Source: Fibrobacteria bacterium (GTDB lineage Bacteria > Fibrobacterota > Chitinivibrionia > Chitinivibrionales > FEN-1185). Taken from it: a stretch of 64,000 nt of DNA. Shown piece by piece: positions 1 to 9,892 of the stretch. A program made the position numbers and the translations under genes. Location: NCBI GenBank assembly GCA_037447435.1, contig JBBIGR010000002.1:96001-160000 (forward strand), read 5' to 3'. The notes beneath the pieces are model-generated. The model was given only the letters and a program-made list of their open reading frames with translations, ran no database searches and was not told the DNA's origin. Within the stretch, counting starts at the first letter, position 1; the number at the start of each line of letters is the position of its first letter.

Positions 1-1080
1 AAAGCAGAATCCTTTCTGGAATCGTATCAGCCAAAAGACCGCGCTACGGTCAAGGGTTTCTCGACCCAAATAGCCGACGATTTCGGAAAGATCACGGATT
101 TCGACGACAATGTCGCGAAAATGCAGGCGGAAATCGGCGAACTTATCAAAAAGAAAGAGTCAATTTCGGCCATAGAAACCGATGCCCGTATCAGGCAGGA
201 AATCGATTATATCCATGACCTTGTCAAGCTTGCGGCAAAGCGTTTGCACACCGAAAACTGCCCGATCATTCGGCCCGACGAAAGCTTTTTTACCGCAAGC
301 ATCCTGCACGATTGCCTGAACCGTATCATGGAATTCGACCCGCAGGTTTTTCACAACGACCGCGTGGCTATTTTCGGAAAACCATCTGTTTTGCTCATTC
401 CCGGAAACGGCAATACCTTGTACGACTGGAAAAACAACCTCATCATCGTCCCGATACTTCCCTTTGGCGGAAATTTCATGGCCTCCATCGCGACCGGGCT
501 CATCGAATACCGTATCGATACCGACGAAGACAAACGCCTTACCTCGTCGTACAATCAACTTCCTCAGTACGTAAACGTACGGTCCATATTCCAGCTCCGC
601 GCGAACTTGACAAAAGATTATATAACGTGGATGGTATCGGAATTCAAAGGGTATAAGAACCTTGCCAAAGAGGTGAGAAAATGGTTCGAACACGAAATAG
701 CCCCCTCGAAAAACGATATTTACATTCCTCCGCAATACCATTCCTTTGTCATGGCTGCCGACGAATTCTCGAAAAACCTTGACTCTTGCGAGACCCGGCT
801 GTCGTCGGGGCTTGCGACCGCCGCCGAAAACGACCTTTGGGTCGGAAGCATTTTGCATTACATGCGTGGAAATTTCGACCGCAGTATCGAATTGCTTAAA
901 ACGCTTATCGTTAAAAACCCGAAACATGAAAAGGCTTTTTATAATTTGGGATATATATGTATGAAACTCATGTACAAACAGGATGCCCTGCATGCCTTTA
1001 CGGAGTATACGAAGTTGAACCCCCAAAGCTGGTATAGCGGCGTTGTCATGGATTTTACCCGAAAGCTTTCTGTAGGCTAA
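1..1080 (+). CDS. C-terminal part of a large hypothetical protein with terminal TPR repeats (5'-truncated by window edge)
   Basis: Frame is open from base 1 into the 121..1080 ORF; TPR-like C-terminus (AFYNLGYICMK...ALHAFTEYTKLNP). Confidence 0.7.
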   Translation, partial: KAESFLESYQPKDRATVKGFSTQIADDFGKITDFDDNVAKMQAEIGELIKKKESISAIETDARIRQEIDYIHDLVKLAAKRLHTENCPIIRPDESFFTASILHDCLNRIMEFDPQVFHNDRVAIFGKPSVLLIPGNGNTLYDWKNNLIIVPILPFGGNFMASIATGLIEYRIDTDEDKRLTSSYNQLPQYVNVRSIFQLRANLTKDYITWMVSEFKGYKNLAKEVRKWFEHEIAPSKNDIYIPPQYHSFVMAADEFSKNLDSCETRLSSGLATAAENDLWVGSILHYMRGNFDRSIELLKTLIVKNPKHEKAFYNLGYICMKLMYKQDALHAFTEYTKLNPQSWYSGVVMDFTRKLSVG

Positions 1081-1140
1081 TTACGGCTCAATATTGACTC
1101 TGAGGCAAAACATAAGGTAACTTTCATCTCGCACTATTCT

Positions 1141-1177
1141 CAACAACCATCCGTTAGGCCTCAACGGATGGTTGTTG
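1141..1177. terminator. 15-bp-stem hairpin, probable intrinsic terminator
   Basis: CAACAACCATCCGTT-aggcctc-AACGGATGGTTGTTG after the stop at 1080. Confidence 0.6.
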
Positions 1178-1234
1178 TTGTGATCTTACGCAAAATGCGT
1201 TGCTAATTTTTATTTAGATACTAAGGAATCTCTT

Positions 1235-2632
1235 TTGCTTCCAATCGTTTCCATTGTCGGACGCCCCAATGTGGGCAAGTCTTGTTTTTTCAACAGAATC
1301 CTGGGAAAACGGGTAGCCGTTGTCGATGACTATTCCGGAGTGACCCGGGACAGAAATTACCAGACCGCGCAATGGAATAAATGTGCGTTTTCCCTCGTCG
1401 ATACCGGCGGACTGATTGTCGGCACAAAAGATTCAATGGCAATGGACATCGAAAAACAGGTTGCCATCGCCTGCGATGAATCCGATGTGATTCTTTTCCT
1501 TGTAGACGCTAAAAACGGCATAACCGACATAGATCTTTCCATAGCTCAAAGACTCCGGAAGCTGCAACGGGGAAAAGTCATGCTGGTTATTAACAAATCA
1601 GAATCCAGGCAGGCGCAATACGATATCGGCAATTTCATGAAACTGGGACTCGGCGAAGGACATGCGGTTTCGGCCCTTCACGGCTCCGGCGTGGCGGATT
1701 TGCTCGACGAAGTATGCGTATATTTGAAACGGACGGTCGGCAAACGCGCCAAGCCCGACAATATTCCCGTCGACACCAGCATGCGCATCGCGATTGTCGG
1801 CCGGCCCAATGCCGGTAAATCCTCCTTAGTAAACAAGCTTTCGGGCGTGGACCGTATGATCGTTCGTCCCGAAGCAGGCACCACGCGCGATTCCATCGAT
1901 TCGCTTATCGAGTATAAAGGCACGCCGATATCGCTTATCGACACGGCCGGGCTCCGTAAAAAATCAAACGTCAAAATGGACCTCGAGTATTACTGCAACT
2001 TGCGCGCCATCGCCAGCATACAGCGATGCGACATTGCGGTGCTGCTCATCGATGCCGAACAAGGCCTCGGGGAACAAGACCTTAAAATCGTCAAACAAAT
2101 CGTCGATATGAGAAAAGGCATGATCGTCTGCTTTAACAAATGGGACTTGCTTAAAAAAGACCATTCGACCTTCGACGAAATCGTGTCGTATACGAAAAAG
2201 CAGTACCTGGAATTCCACCACGTCCCGGTGTTGTCGATTTCGGCAAAAACCGGACAGCGAATTACGTCGGTGCTCGATGCGGCGCTCGCGGTACACGCGA
2301 AAATGAAGACCCGCGTCGACGAAAAAGAACTGTGGGCCCAAATGCGGGAATGGATCGTGGTGCATCCGCATCCCGTGACCGCGAACAAACGCGTCGTCAT
2401 TAACGGATGTAAACAGGGCAATGCTCCCTATCCGTTGTTTCTGGTAAACGCGACGAACCCGCGTGTCGCCACTCCCGCGTACAAACGTTACTTTGCAAAT
2501 AAAATCTATGATTTATATGATTTTGACGGATGTCCCCTGGTTGTCGAGTTCATTCCGGCAAAACGGCAGGTCAATACCGGAAGCGGCCAGGGCGATCCTT
2601 CAGTGTTCTTAAAAGGAGAAGACGAGTCGTGA
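1235..2632 (+). CDS. der: Ribosome biogenesis GTPase Der (EngA)
   Basis: Two GTPase domains (GRPNVGKS..DTGG; GRPNAGKS..DTAG..NKWD) plus KH-like tail; TTG start after AAGGA. Confidence 0.96.
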   Translation: MLPIVSIVGRPNVGKSCFFNRILGKRVAVVDDYSGVTRDRNYQTAQWNKCAFSLVDTGGLIVGTKDSMAMDIEKQVAIACDESDVILFLVDAKNGITDIDLSIAQRLRKLQRGKVMLVINKSESRQAQYDIGNFMKLGLGEGHAVSALHGSGVADLLDEVCVYLKRTVGKRAKPDNIPVDTSMRIAIVGRPNAGKSSLVNKLSGVDRMIVRPEAGTTRDSIDSLIEYKGTPISLIDTAGLRKKSNVKMDLEYYCNLRAIASIQRCDIAVLLIDAEQGLGEQDLKIVKQIVDMRKGMIVCFNKWDLLKKDHSTFDEIVSYTKKQYLEFHHVPVLSISAKTGQRITSVLDAALAVHAKMKTRVDEKELWAQMREWIVVHPHPVTANKRVVINGCKQGNAPYPLFLVNATNPRVATPAYKRYFANKIYDLYDFDGCPLVVEFIPAKRQVNTGSGQGDPSVFLKGEDES

Positions 2633-3657
2633 ATATTACCATCCTTGGCGGAGGCAGTTGGGGCATCGCCCTGGCCGTATTGCTTTGTGGAAAAAATCAT
2701 TCCGTACGCATGTGGGAATTTTCCCCAAAAGACGCTGCTATGCTCCGCGAAAAACGCGAGCATGTATTGAAATTACCGGGCATCAAAATACCCCAGGACG
2801 TCATCATCACCAGCGATATCAAGGAAGCTATTGATTCTTCGGAATTCGTATTGTGCGTAGTACCGTCGCAAACTATGAGGAAAACCTGTAAAACCCTTGT
2901 CGCTTCGGTGGAAGCATCCACTTTGAACGCGGTCAAAGGATGGATCATCGCGTCCAAAGGAATCGAATGTACGACGCTTAAACTGATGACCGAAGTCCTT
3001 GTCGAGGAAATTCCCGGCCTGACCGGCGATAAACTCGTTGTCCTTTCCGGCCCTTCGCACGCCGAGGAAGTGTCCCGCAATATTCCCACAACCGTGGTCG
3101 CGGCTTCCGAAAGCCAGGAATTGGCTTCTCGAATTCAAAAGGAATGCTCGACCGACACGTTCAGGATTTATACCAACAACGATCCCCGCGGCGTGGAACT
3201 TGCCGCAAGCGTCAAGAACGTCATCGCCTTGGCGGCCGGGATTTGCGACGGACTTGGCCTGGGCGACAATACTAAGGGCGCCTTGCTCACCAGAGGCATG
3301 GCAGAAATCGTCCGGCTCGGCCATAAAATGGGCGCCGCGGAACAAACGTTTTTCGGGCTTGCCGGCGTGGGCGACTTGATCACCACCTGCATAAGTAAAC
3401 ATTCCCGCAATCGCAACATGGGAGAACTCATCGCTTCCGGCCTGACGCTCGAGCAGGCGCTCGGTAAAATGGTCATGGTCGCCGAAGGCGTCGAAACCGC
3501 AAAATCCGCGTACGCGCTCGCGCAACGGTATCAAATCGAAATGCCCATCACGACCGAGGTTTACAAAACATTGTTCGAGGGCAAACCGGTCAAGGAAGCG
3601 GTTCGCGATCTCATGATGCGCGAAAGCAAACCCGAACGCTGGGGACATGTTTCCTGA
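2629..3657 (+). CDS. gpsA: NAD(P)H-dependent glycerol-3-phosphate dehydrogenase
   Basis: GGGSWG, SGPSHA, KNVIA, GVGDLITTC, SRN motifs; GTG start overlaps der stop. Confidence 0.96.
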   Translation: MNITILGGGSWGIALAVLLCGKNHSVRMWEFSPKDAAMLREKREHVLKLPGIKIPQDVIITSDIKEAIDSSEFVLCVVPSQTMRKTCKTLVASVEASTLNAVKGWIIASKGIECTTLKLMTEVLVEEIPGLTGDKLVVLSGPSHAEEVSRNIPTTVVAASESQELASRIQKECSTDTFRIYTNNDPRGVELAASVKNVIALAAGICDGLGLGDNTKGALLTRGMAEIVRLGHKMGAAEQTFFGLAGVGDLITTCISKHSRNRNMGELIASGLTLEQALGKMVMVAEGVETAKSAYALAQRYQIEMPITTEVYKTLFEGKPVKEAVRDLMMRESKPERWGHVS

Positions 3658-3768
3658 TTTTTACTCAATACCCTTTTGGGTGATATTGCTGCAGATTATA
3701 TTATAATAATGCTGCACATAAGCTAATTGTCATAACCAACCTAATGAAAAGCCTTTACGGTACATCGA

Positions 3769-4179
3769 ATGGCCGAGAATAAAAAGACATATTATTCAAT
3801 CAGCGAGGTTTGCACCAAAACCGGTTTGGAACCTCATGTCTTGCGGTATTGGGAAAGCGAATTTTCGCAGCTTCGCCCTAAAAAGAACCGTGCCGGCAAC
3901 AGGGCATACCGGGAAAAAGACATAGACATTATCCGCTATATCAAGTATTTGCTTTATCAGGAACAATTCACCATTCCTGGTGCAAAGAAAAAGCTTTTGG
4001 AGGCCCGCGATTACGAAATCCCGCACCAGATGCTGCTTCCTTTACAAATATTAACTCCGCCGCCTCCGGTCGTTGCGACACCCCAAACCGCGGCCGTTGT
4101 TCCCCCGTCTCAAAACGGCATCCTGCTTGAAATAAAAAGCGAATTACAGGCTTTGCTTGCCCATCTTTCGCGAAAATAA
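3769..4179 (+). CDS. MerR-family HTH transcriptional regulator
   Basis: YYSISEV...HVLRYWESEF..P.KNRAGNR.Y MerR HTH. Confidence 0.9.
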   Translation: MAENKKTYYSISEVCTKTGLEPHVLRYWESEFSQLRPKKNRAGNRAYREKDIDIIRYIKYLLYQEQFTIPGAKKKLLEARDYEIPHQMLLPLQILTPPPPVVATPQTAAVVPPSQNGILLEIKSELQALLAHLSRK

Positions 4180-4200
4180 TCTTTTCGGTCGCGTGAAAAA

Positions 4201-4231
4201 AAAACGCGTTCAATGATTATGAACGCGTTTT
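4201..4231. terminator. Hairpin between convergent genes
   Basis: AAAACGCGTTCA-atgatta-TGAACGCGTTTT. Confidence 0.6.
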
Positions 4232-4255
4232 CCCGTTTCTTTAAAATAAGCCTCG

Positions 4256-6319
4256 CTAGTTTTTTGCCTGCTTGCGTATTTTATACGAGCTTTCGACCAT
4301 ATTTTTCAACTGTTTGAAATCCTCGCTTGTCATGAATTTCTTCAGCATTTTTTCCGTTTTCTTGAATTCACCGTAAGCCGCCTCTATTTTATTGTCGCGA
4401 ATATAGCTGTTTATTATGTCAATCGATTCCTGCTCCGGCAACCTCGGTTTTGCCCGGGCGGGCTGTGCCTGCGGCTCGGCCGGCGCGGACGCCTGCGACT
4501 GTTCGGCGATTGCACTTTGAACGACCGATTGTTCAAGCACGTTGAAAACCTGGGCATCGACGAACTGGGCAATGAATTTTCTGTTTTGTTTGAATTTTTC
4601 CAAAGCCTCGTGCGACTGGTTCTTGTCCATAAGATCGTACAATTCCATAAGCTGTTCCTGCGCTTTTTTACGGTTGTCGTTCAGGCTTTGCAAATACGCC
4701 TGTGCATTCTTGGAAAGCACCGGAGGTTTTTCAGCTTGCCCTGCTTCCGGATGCGGTGTAGAGGCAATGACCACTTGCGGTCGGGGCGGTTCGGGCTGTT
4801 TTTCAGCTGCTACCGGTGCACTTTCCTTCCGCTTCTGCTGCTGTCGTTGTTCTTCCAAAGCAGCTCTCCGTTGTTCCTCGAGGGCGGCTTTTCCCTGTTT
4901 TTCCTGTTCAGCAAACGCAACGATACTGTCTTTGCGCATTTGCTCCCTTTGCGCAATAATCTGTTTCTGGCGGTCGTTGTTTTTAGATAAAACCCCGGGC
5001 TTTTGTTGTTCCGCAACCGCGGGTGCGCTTTCCCTCTGGGCCGGCTTTTCGGCAATCGCTTTATTTTGCTTTTCCTGCGCCGCAATCGCAGCCAGGCTGT
5101 CTTTACGCATTTGTTCCATTTGAACAAGAATCTGCTTTTGACGGTCATTATTTTGGCGCGCCAGCTGTTCCTGCTTTTGACGGTCTTTTTGCTGCATCTG
5201 TTCGGCAAGTTTCTGCGCCGTCGCAATGCTGTCCTGCCTTGCCTTTTCTTTTTGCGCTAGTTCCAGATCCCTGCGCTCCTCTTCTTTTCTTGCCTGTTTT
5301 TCCTGTTCCTTTTGCGCCTGCGTCAGTTTTTGCAGACGCTGTTTGTCCTGCTGCGCCAATTCCTCCTGCTTACGGAATGCGGCAACACTGTCTTTGCGCG
5401 CTTTTTCAGCAACGGCCATTTGCTGTTTCTGGCGTTCTTCTTCTATTTTAGCAAGACGCTGCTTTTCCTTTTCCTCGGCTTCCGCTTGCTTGCGCTGCTT
5501 TTCCTGTTCCGCCAGACGGATTTTTTCGTCCTCCTGCCGTTGTTTTTCCGCTTTTTCCTCGGCGACTTTCCGTTCCTTTTCCTCTTTTTCCAGGCGCGCT
5601 CTTTCAACTTTCTGCTTTTCTTCCATTTCCTTGCGGTTTTTCGCGTTTTCCACTGCCGAAATACTATCGGCATGCGCCTTGATGATTCGTTGCGCCGTGC
5701 GCATTATATACGGATCGATATTTTGGTCGAGCGGTTCATTGTTTTGCAGTGCTTTGACCGCGCGTTCTATTTGTTTGCGTTCCAGTGACTGTTGTACCTG
5801 GGGGGCTTCGTCGAGAATTTGCTTTTCAACGGCGTTGGCCCGTTTCTCCGACACGCCCATCATTTTCAACTCGTTTTGCAAATAGGCGAGCGCGGGTTCC
5901 ACTCCTTGATTGTGCAGAACGTCAATATTGACTTTTGCCAACGAATCCTCCTTCGCAGAGATCCGTTGCGAATAGCCGTCTATTTTCTGTTGGAACGTCG
6001 CGGCCTCATCCTTACCGATACCGGATTTCATCTGTTTCAATTTATGGTTCAACAACTCAATCTGGCTTCTTGCATTCGATAATTTGTTTTGAGACAGGAA
6101 TTCCTCGGTTTGCGTCATGTCTTTTTGCAGATTTGCCTTTTGTTTATTGATATCGACGTCGAACAATTTTTCCTCTGCCGCAGCAAGTCCCAGGTAATTG
6201 ATAAAGCCGCTCGTTGGTCCGACGATTTGCTCAACCAAAGATGCACCTGCGGTCACGATGAACACTGCCGCATATAACGCCGATTGCCGTAAAATCATTG
6301 TGCGTCGAAGATTTTTCAT
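4256..6319 (-). CDS. Exported hypothetical protein with long E/K/Q coiled coil (~687 aa)
   Basis: ATG at 6319 follows AGGAGG; N-terminal hydrophobic signal; charged helical repeats. Confidence 0.75.
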   Translation of the reverse strand: MKNLRRTMILRQSALYAAVFIVTAGASLVEQIVGPTSGFINYLGLAAAEEKLFDVDINKQKANLQKDMTQTEEFLSQNKLSNARSQIELLNHKLKQMKSGIGKDEAATFQQKIDGYSQRISAKEDSLAKVNIDVLHNQGVEPALAYLQNELKMMGVSEKRANAVEKQILDEAPQVQQSLERKQIERAVKALQNNEPLDQNIDPYIMRTAQRIIKAHADSISAVENAKNRKEMEEKQKVERARLEKEEKERKVAEEKAEKQRQEDEKIRLAEQEKQRKQAEAEEKEKQRLAKIEEERQKQQMAVAEKARKDSVAAFRKQEELAQQDKQRLQKLTQAQKEQEKQARKEEERRDLELAQKEKARQDSIATAQKLAEQMQQKDRQKQEQLARQNNDRQKQILVQMEQMRKDSLAAIAAQEKQNKAIAEKPAQRESAPAVAEQQKPGVLSKNNDRQKQIIAQREQMRKDSIVAFAEQEKQGKAALEEQRRAALEEQRQQQKRKESAPVAAEKQPEPPRPQVVIASTPHPEAGQAEKPPVLSKNAQAYLQSLNDNRKKAQEQLMELYDLMDKNQSHEALEKFKQNRKFIAQFVDAQVFNVLEQSVVQSAIAEQSQASAPAEPQAQPARAKPRLPEQESIDIINSYIRDNKIEAAYGEFKKTEKMLKKFMTSEDFKQLKNMVESSYKIRKQAKN

Positions 6320-6488
6320 CCGATAATTCCTCCTGAAAACAATCATAAGAAAAAGCGTCGGCTTATAATTTCTAAAAAACGTTGTATGGCAAACCGACGG
6401 TTTCGTCAGATTAAAATTCGCATTATTTTGGCAATAGGAAATATAACGTTTAACCGGTAAAATTTCCAAAAAGAATGAGGCCTTTTTC

Positions 6489-7466
6489 TCAAGCCCTTGT
6501 TTTGCGGGTTTTTCGTTGGAACAGCATAGGGCCAAGCGTTTGCAAAACCGTCGAAACCGACAAATAAGAATCTATGGCATAATACTGGTACCAACCGCAA
6601 TTACGCGTGCAGGTTGCCATCGCGCGACGGTATGCGGCGGCGCTTTCGCTTTTAAGCCAGCTGCAAAGATCTATAGTCGCAAGATCAGGCCCCTTGGTTC
6701 CCTGAATGTGGCACGGATAATACAAATTGCCGTCGGGGGCAATGATGACCGACGCGCTCGAACATTTTGCGCCTTTAAAGGCCTTAAAATAGCCCGCAGG
6801 CGTATGTATTGTCAGGGGATACATTTTCCGCAGCCGGGCCAATTCCTTTTCAAGTTCAGCGATATTCGGAAAAAAATCTTCTGTTTTGTCCATATGGGTT
6901 GCGGGGATAATCACGATATTTGCGCCGCAGGCGTGGCACGCACGTACTTTTTCCTCAAGTGCGTCAAGCGTTTGTTTTGTAACGACAACCTGCACCGACA
7001 CCTGGCTTTTTAACCGCGAAACAAGCTGCGGCAATGCATCATACAATTCACAATTGTCATGACCTTCGTCTATGGAAATATGAAAAAAATCAATGCATTT
7101 CCCGTATTGTTCCAACGGATACGATAAAATATTTTTAACGCTGGTGGTAAACAGAAGGTAAAATTTCCCCTTCGACCGCGCATACTGCAATAATTCGCCT
7201 ATATCATTCCGCAGCAGCGGTTCGCCGCCTTCAAAACTTACCATAAGCACCGGCGATCGTGAAAGATTGTCCAGAATGTCCTTAATGGCCGCTGTGGACA
7301 AATCCGGCACCGGGTCTTTTTTTACATTACAAAACGGGCATCCGAAATGACAGCGCGACGTGACTTTGAATGAGGCATAAAACGGAAAAACGGCTTTTCG
7401 GGCAACAATATTATAAATCAACCCTTTCAGGGTAGACCAATAGGTATTCAAAGATAACAGTCTCAT
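6489..7466 (-). CDS. Radical SAM protein with C-terminal Cys-containing (SPASM/Twitch-like) region
   Basis: CHFGCPFC, GGEP; C-terminal C..PC..CxxxC; start reassigned to ATG 7466. Confidence 0.85.
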   Translation of the reverse strand: MRLLSLNTYWSTLKGLIYNIVARKAVFPFYASFKVTSRCHFGCPFCNVKKDPVPDLSTAAIKDILDNLSRSPVLMVSFEGGEPLLRNDIGELLQYARSKGKFYLLFTTSVKNILSYPLEQYGKCIDFFHISIDEGHDNCELYDALPQLVSRLKSQVSVQVVVTKQTLDALEEKVRACHACGANIVIIPATHMDKTEDFFPNIAELEKELARLRKMYPLTIHTPAGYFKAFKGAKCSSASVIIAPDGNLYYPCHIQGTKGPDLATIDLCSWLKSESAAAYRRAMATCTRNCGWYQYYAIDSYLSVSTVLQTLGPMLFQRKTRKTRA

Positions 7467-7518
7467 AGATTCGCCTTCAGGTACCGCAGGGCATCGTTTT
7501 TCGCAAACTAAAACCCGG

Positions 7519-8067
7519 CTATTCCAATTCCAATTTAACGCGCACGCAACCTTGCTTGCCCAACCCGATCGCCTTTGCCGCAACCAGGGACAAATCGATA
7601 ATATGGTTGCTGCCGAACGGTCCCCGATCATTGATCCGTACCACAACCTCTTTGGCATTGTCCAAATTGGTGACCCGCACTTTGGTGCCGAACGGCAACG
7701 TCCTGTGCGCAGCGGTAAATTTATTGATATCGAACCGCTCGCCGCTTGCCGTTTTTCTCCCGTGAAACTTCAACCCGTAATACACTGCCGTTCCTTCCTG
7801 GTAAAACGACGATTTTGCAGCGCCGGGAACGTTTTTTTGCGCAGGTTGATCGTTGTTTTGTTCGATATCCGTATCATCGTCGTCCGAACGGGCCGTATCT
7901 TTTACTTCGGGCAAGGCCTGCTGCCTGGGCGGCATTCCTTCCCCGGTTTTCTCGGCCGGCCCTGCCTCTTTTGTATTCTTATGGGTAAATTTAGGCGCGG
8001 GCGTGCATACGCAAAATAGCAAGCCCGCTGCCGTGCAGAAGCAAAACAATTCGGTTCGAAATCGCAT
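7519..8067 (-). CDS. rlpA: Septal ring lytic transglycosylase RlpA family lipoprotein (DPBB domain, no SPOR)
   Basis: TASGE.FD...[16 protein letters not shown]...VRINDRGPF...IDLS; start ATG 8067. Confidence 0.9.
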   Translation of the reverse strand: MRFRTELFCFCTAAGLLFCVCTPAPKFTHKNTKEAGPAEKTGEGMPPRQQALPEVKDTARSDDDDTDIEQNNDQPAQKNVPGAAKSSFYQEGTAVYYGLKFHGRKTASGERFDINKFTAAHRTLPFGTKVRVTNLDNAKEVVVRINDRGPFGSNHIIDLSLVAAKAIGLGKQGCVRVKLELE

Positions 8068-8972
8068 TAGGGGACAAACCTGTGAAAATCGTTGATCGAG
8101 CCGAGTTTTTCCCGTTCGGCAAACTCGCAGATTTCTTTTAAGACCTTGGACACGGTTTGCGGATCGACAAAATTTGCCGTGCCTATTTGTACCGCGGAGG
8201 CACCGGCAAGCAGATATTCCAATGCATCGCGACCGCAACTGATGCCGCCCATACCGATGACCGGAATCGACACTGCACGATGCACCGCATAGGTGGCGGC
8301 AACTCCCACCGGCCGAATCGCCGGTCCGGAAAGACCGCCGGTTTTCATTTGCAACACGGTGCGTTTTGCCTCGACGTCTATTGCCATACCCACCAGGGTA
8401 TTGATGCATGAGACCGCATCGGCACCGCCCGATTCGGCCGCTTTCGCAACCACACGAATATCGGTGACATTGGGAGTCAGTTTGATGATAAGCGGTTTTC
8501 TCGTCCGGTTTCGGATGGTACGGGTAAGCTGCTCGACCAACACGGGATCGGTGCCGAAAGCAAGGCCGCCATGCTTGACATTAGGACAAGAGATGTTTAT
8601 TTCGTAGCCGAAAATCCCTTCGCATGTTTCAAGCCTGTCCACCACGCTTGCGTATTCGTCGATGCTGGAACCGGCGACATTGACGACAATGGAACAGGGC
8701 ATTTTCGCGCATGCAGGCATTTTTTCCTGTATGAACCGTTCGACGCCGACATTTGCCAGGCCGATTGAATTGAGGATACCGCTCGGCGTTTCGATGATGC
8801 GGGGAATATCGTTACCGCTTCTGGGCAGCATAGTGACCGCCTTGGTGTACAATGCGCCGATGTTCTTCAAATCAATAAGTTGCTCGTATTCGCTGCCGTA
8901 ACCGAAGGTTCCCGAAGCAACACCGACGGGGTTGGAAAGCGTTTTATTGCCGATTGCGACACTCAGATCCAT
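8067..8972 (-). CDS. pyrD: Dihydroorotate dehydrogenase B, catalytic subunit
   Basis: [30 protein letters not shown] motifs; start ATG 8972. Confidence 0.95.
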   Translation of the reverse strand: MDLSVAIGNKTLSNPVGVASGTFGYGSEYEQLIDLKNIGALYTKAVTMLPRSGNDIPRIIETPSGILNSIGLANVGVERFIQEKMPACAKMPCSIVVNVAGSSIDEYASVVDRLETCEGIFGYEINISCPNVKHGGLAFGTDPVLVEQLTRTIRNRTRKPLIIKLTPNVTDIRVVAKAAESGGADAVSCINTLVGMAIDVEAKRTVLQMKTGGLSGPAIRPVGVAATYAVHRAVSIPVIGMGGISCGRDALEYLLAGASAVQIGTANFVDPQTVSKVLKEICEFAEREKLGSINDFHRFVP

Positions 8973-9739
8973 ACTACCCTTTCGGCGGGAAACACCGGCC
9001 CTTCGATGCAGGCACGGGCATATCCCTCTTTCGATTCGTTCATGACCTTTACCGCACATCCCATGCATGCGCCGACGCCGCAGGCCATAACTTGTTCGAG
9101 CGACACAAAACACGGAAAACCGCAATCCGATGCCCATCGGGCGCATCCCCGCATGAGCGGAACCGGGCCGCAGGTAAATACCGTGGTGTTTTTTTCAAGG
9201 TTGTTATTTATTGACGATAAATAATCGAGCGGCGTTCCCTTGAATCCGGCACTTCCGTCGTCGGTCGTGAACACCGGATCGCATGCGGAAAGGGACAAAA
9301 GCGACGGTATTTGCGAACGAGTCTTATATCCCAATAGCAATGTGCTCTTTTTCCCTTTTAATGCGGCCCAGCGCGCTAAGAAAAGCATTGGCCCAAAGCC
9401 GGTGCCTCCTGCAACGCAAATAAGCGTTTCGCAGTCTTTGTCGCAAAACGAAGATCCCAACGGCCCGATAATGTCAAGCGAATCACCTTCGTTCTTTGCA
9501 ACAAGCAGCCCGGTCGCAGGCCCCCGCTGCTTGTAAATTATCGAAGCGGCTTTTGATTGAGGGTCGTAATCGGAAAAAGCGAACGGCCGTCGCAACAGCG
9601 GTGCCGAATACGGTGATACCCGAATCGTGCAAAACTGTCCGGGTAATGGATTTTGTCCATTGTCCCATGTAAAAGACAATTCATAAAATGAATCGGAAAT
9701 CCGATGATTCGAAAGTATTGTCGAAAGGCTTTGTTTCAT
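8963..9739 (-). CDS. pyrK: Dihydroorotate dehydrogenase electron transfer subunit
   Basis: LRRPF, GPLG, AGGTG, CGP, MACGVGACMGC [2Fe-2S] motif; adjacent to pyrD. Confidence 0.93.
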   Translation of the reverse strand: MKQSLSTILSNHRISDSFYELSFTWDNGQNPLPGQFCTIRVSPYSAPLLRRPFAFSDYDPQSKAASIIYKQRGPATGLLVAKNEGDSLDIIGPLGSSFCDKDCETLICVAGGTGFGPMLFLARWAALKGKKSTLLLGYKTRSQIPSLLSLSACDPVFTTDDGSAGFKGTPLDYLSSINNNLEKNTTVFTCGPVPLMRGCARWASDCGFPCFVSLEQVMACGVGACMGCAVKVMNESKEGYARACIEGPVFPAERVVWI

Positions 9740-9892
9740 AGTTTAATAATAACTTTTTTGCACAAACGAATTCCTATTAAAATACCTTTTGTTTGAGCGC
9801 GGGTCATTTCCTTTTTATTCTCAATGTGCATGATAAGCTAATTTATTATATTAAAACGTTAATCGAATCCCTTTTTCAATAAGGAGCGCATC

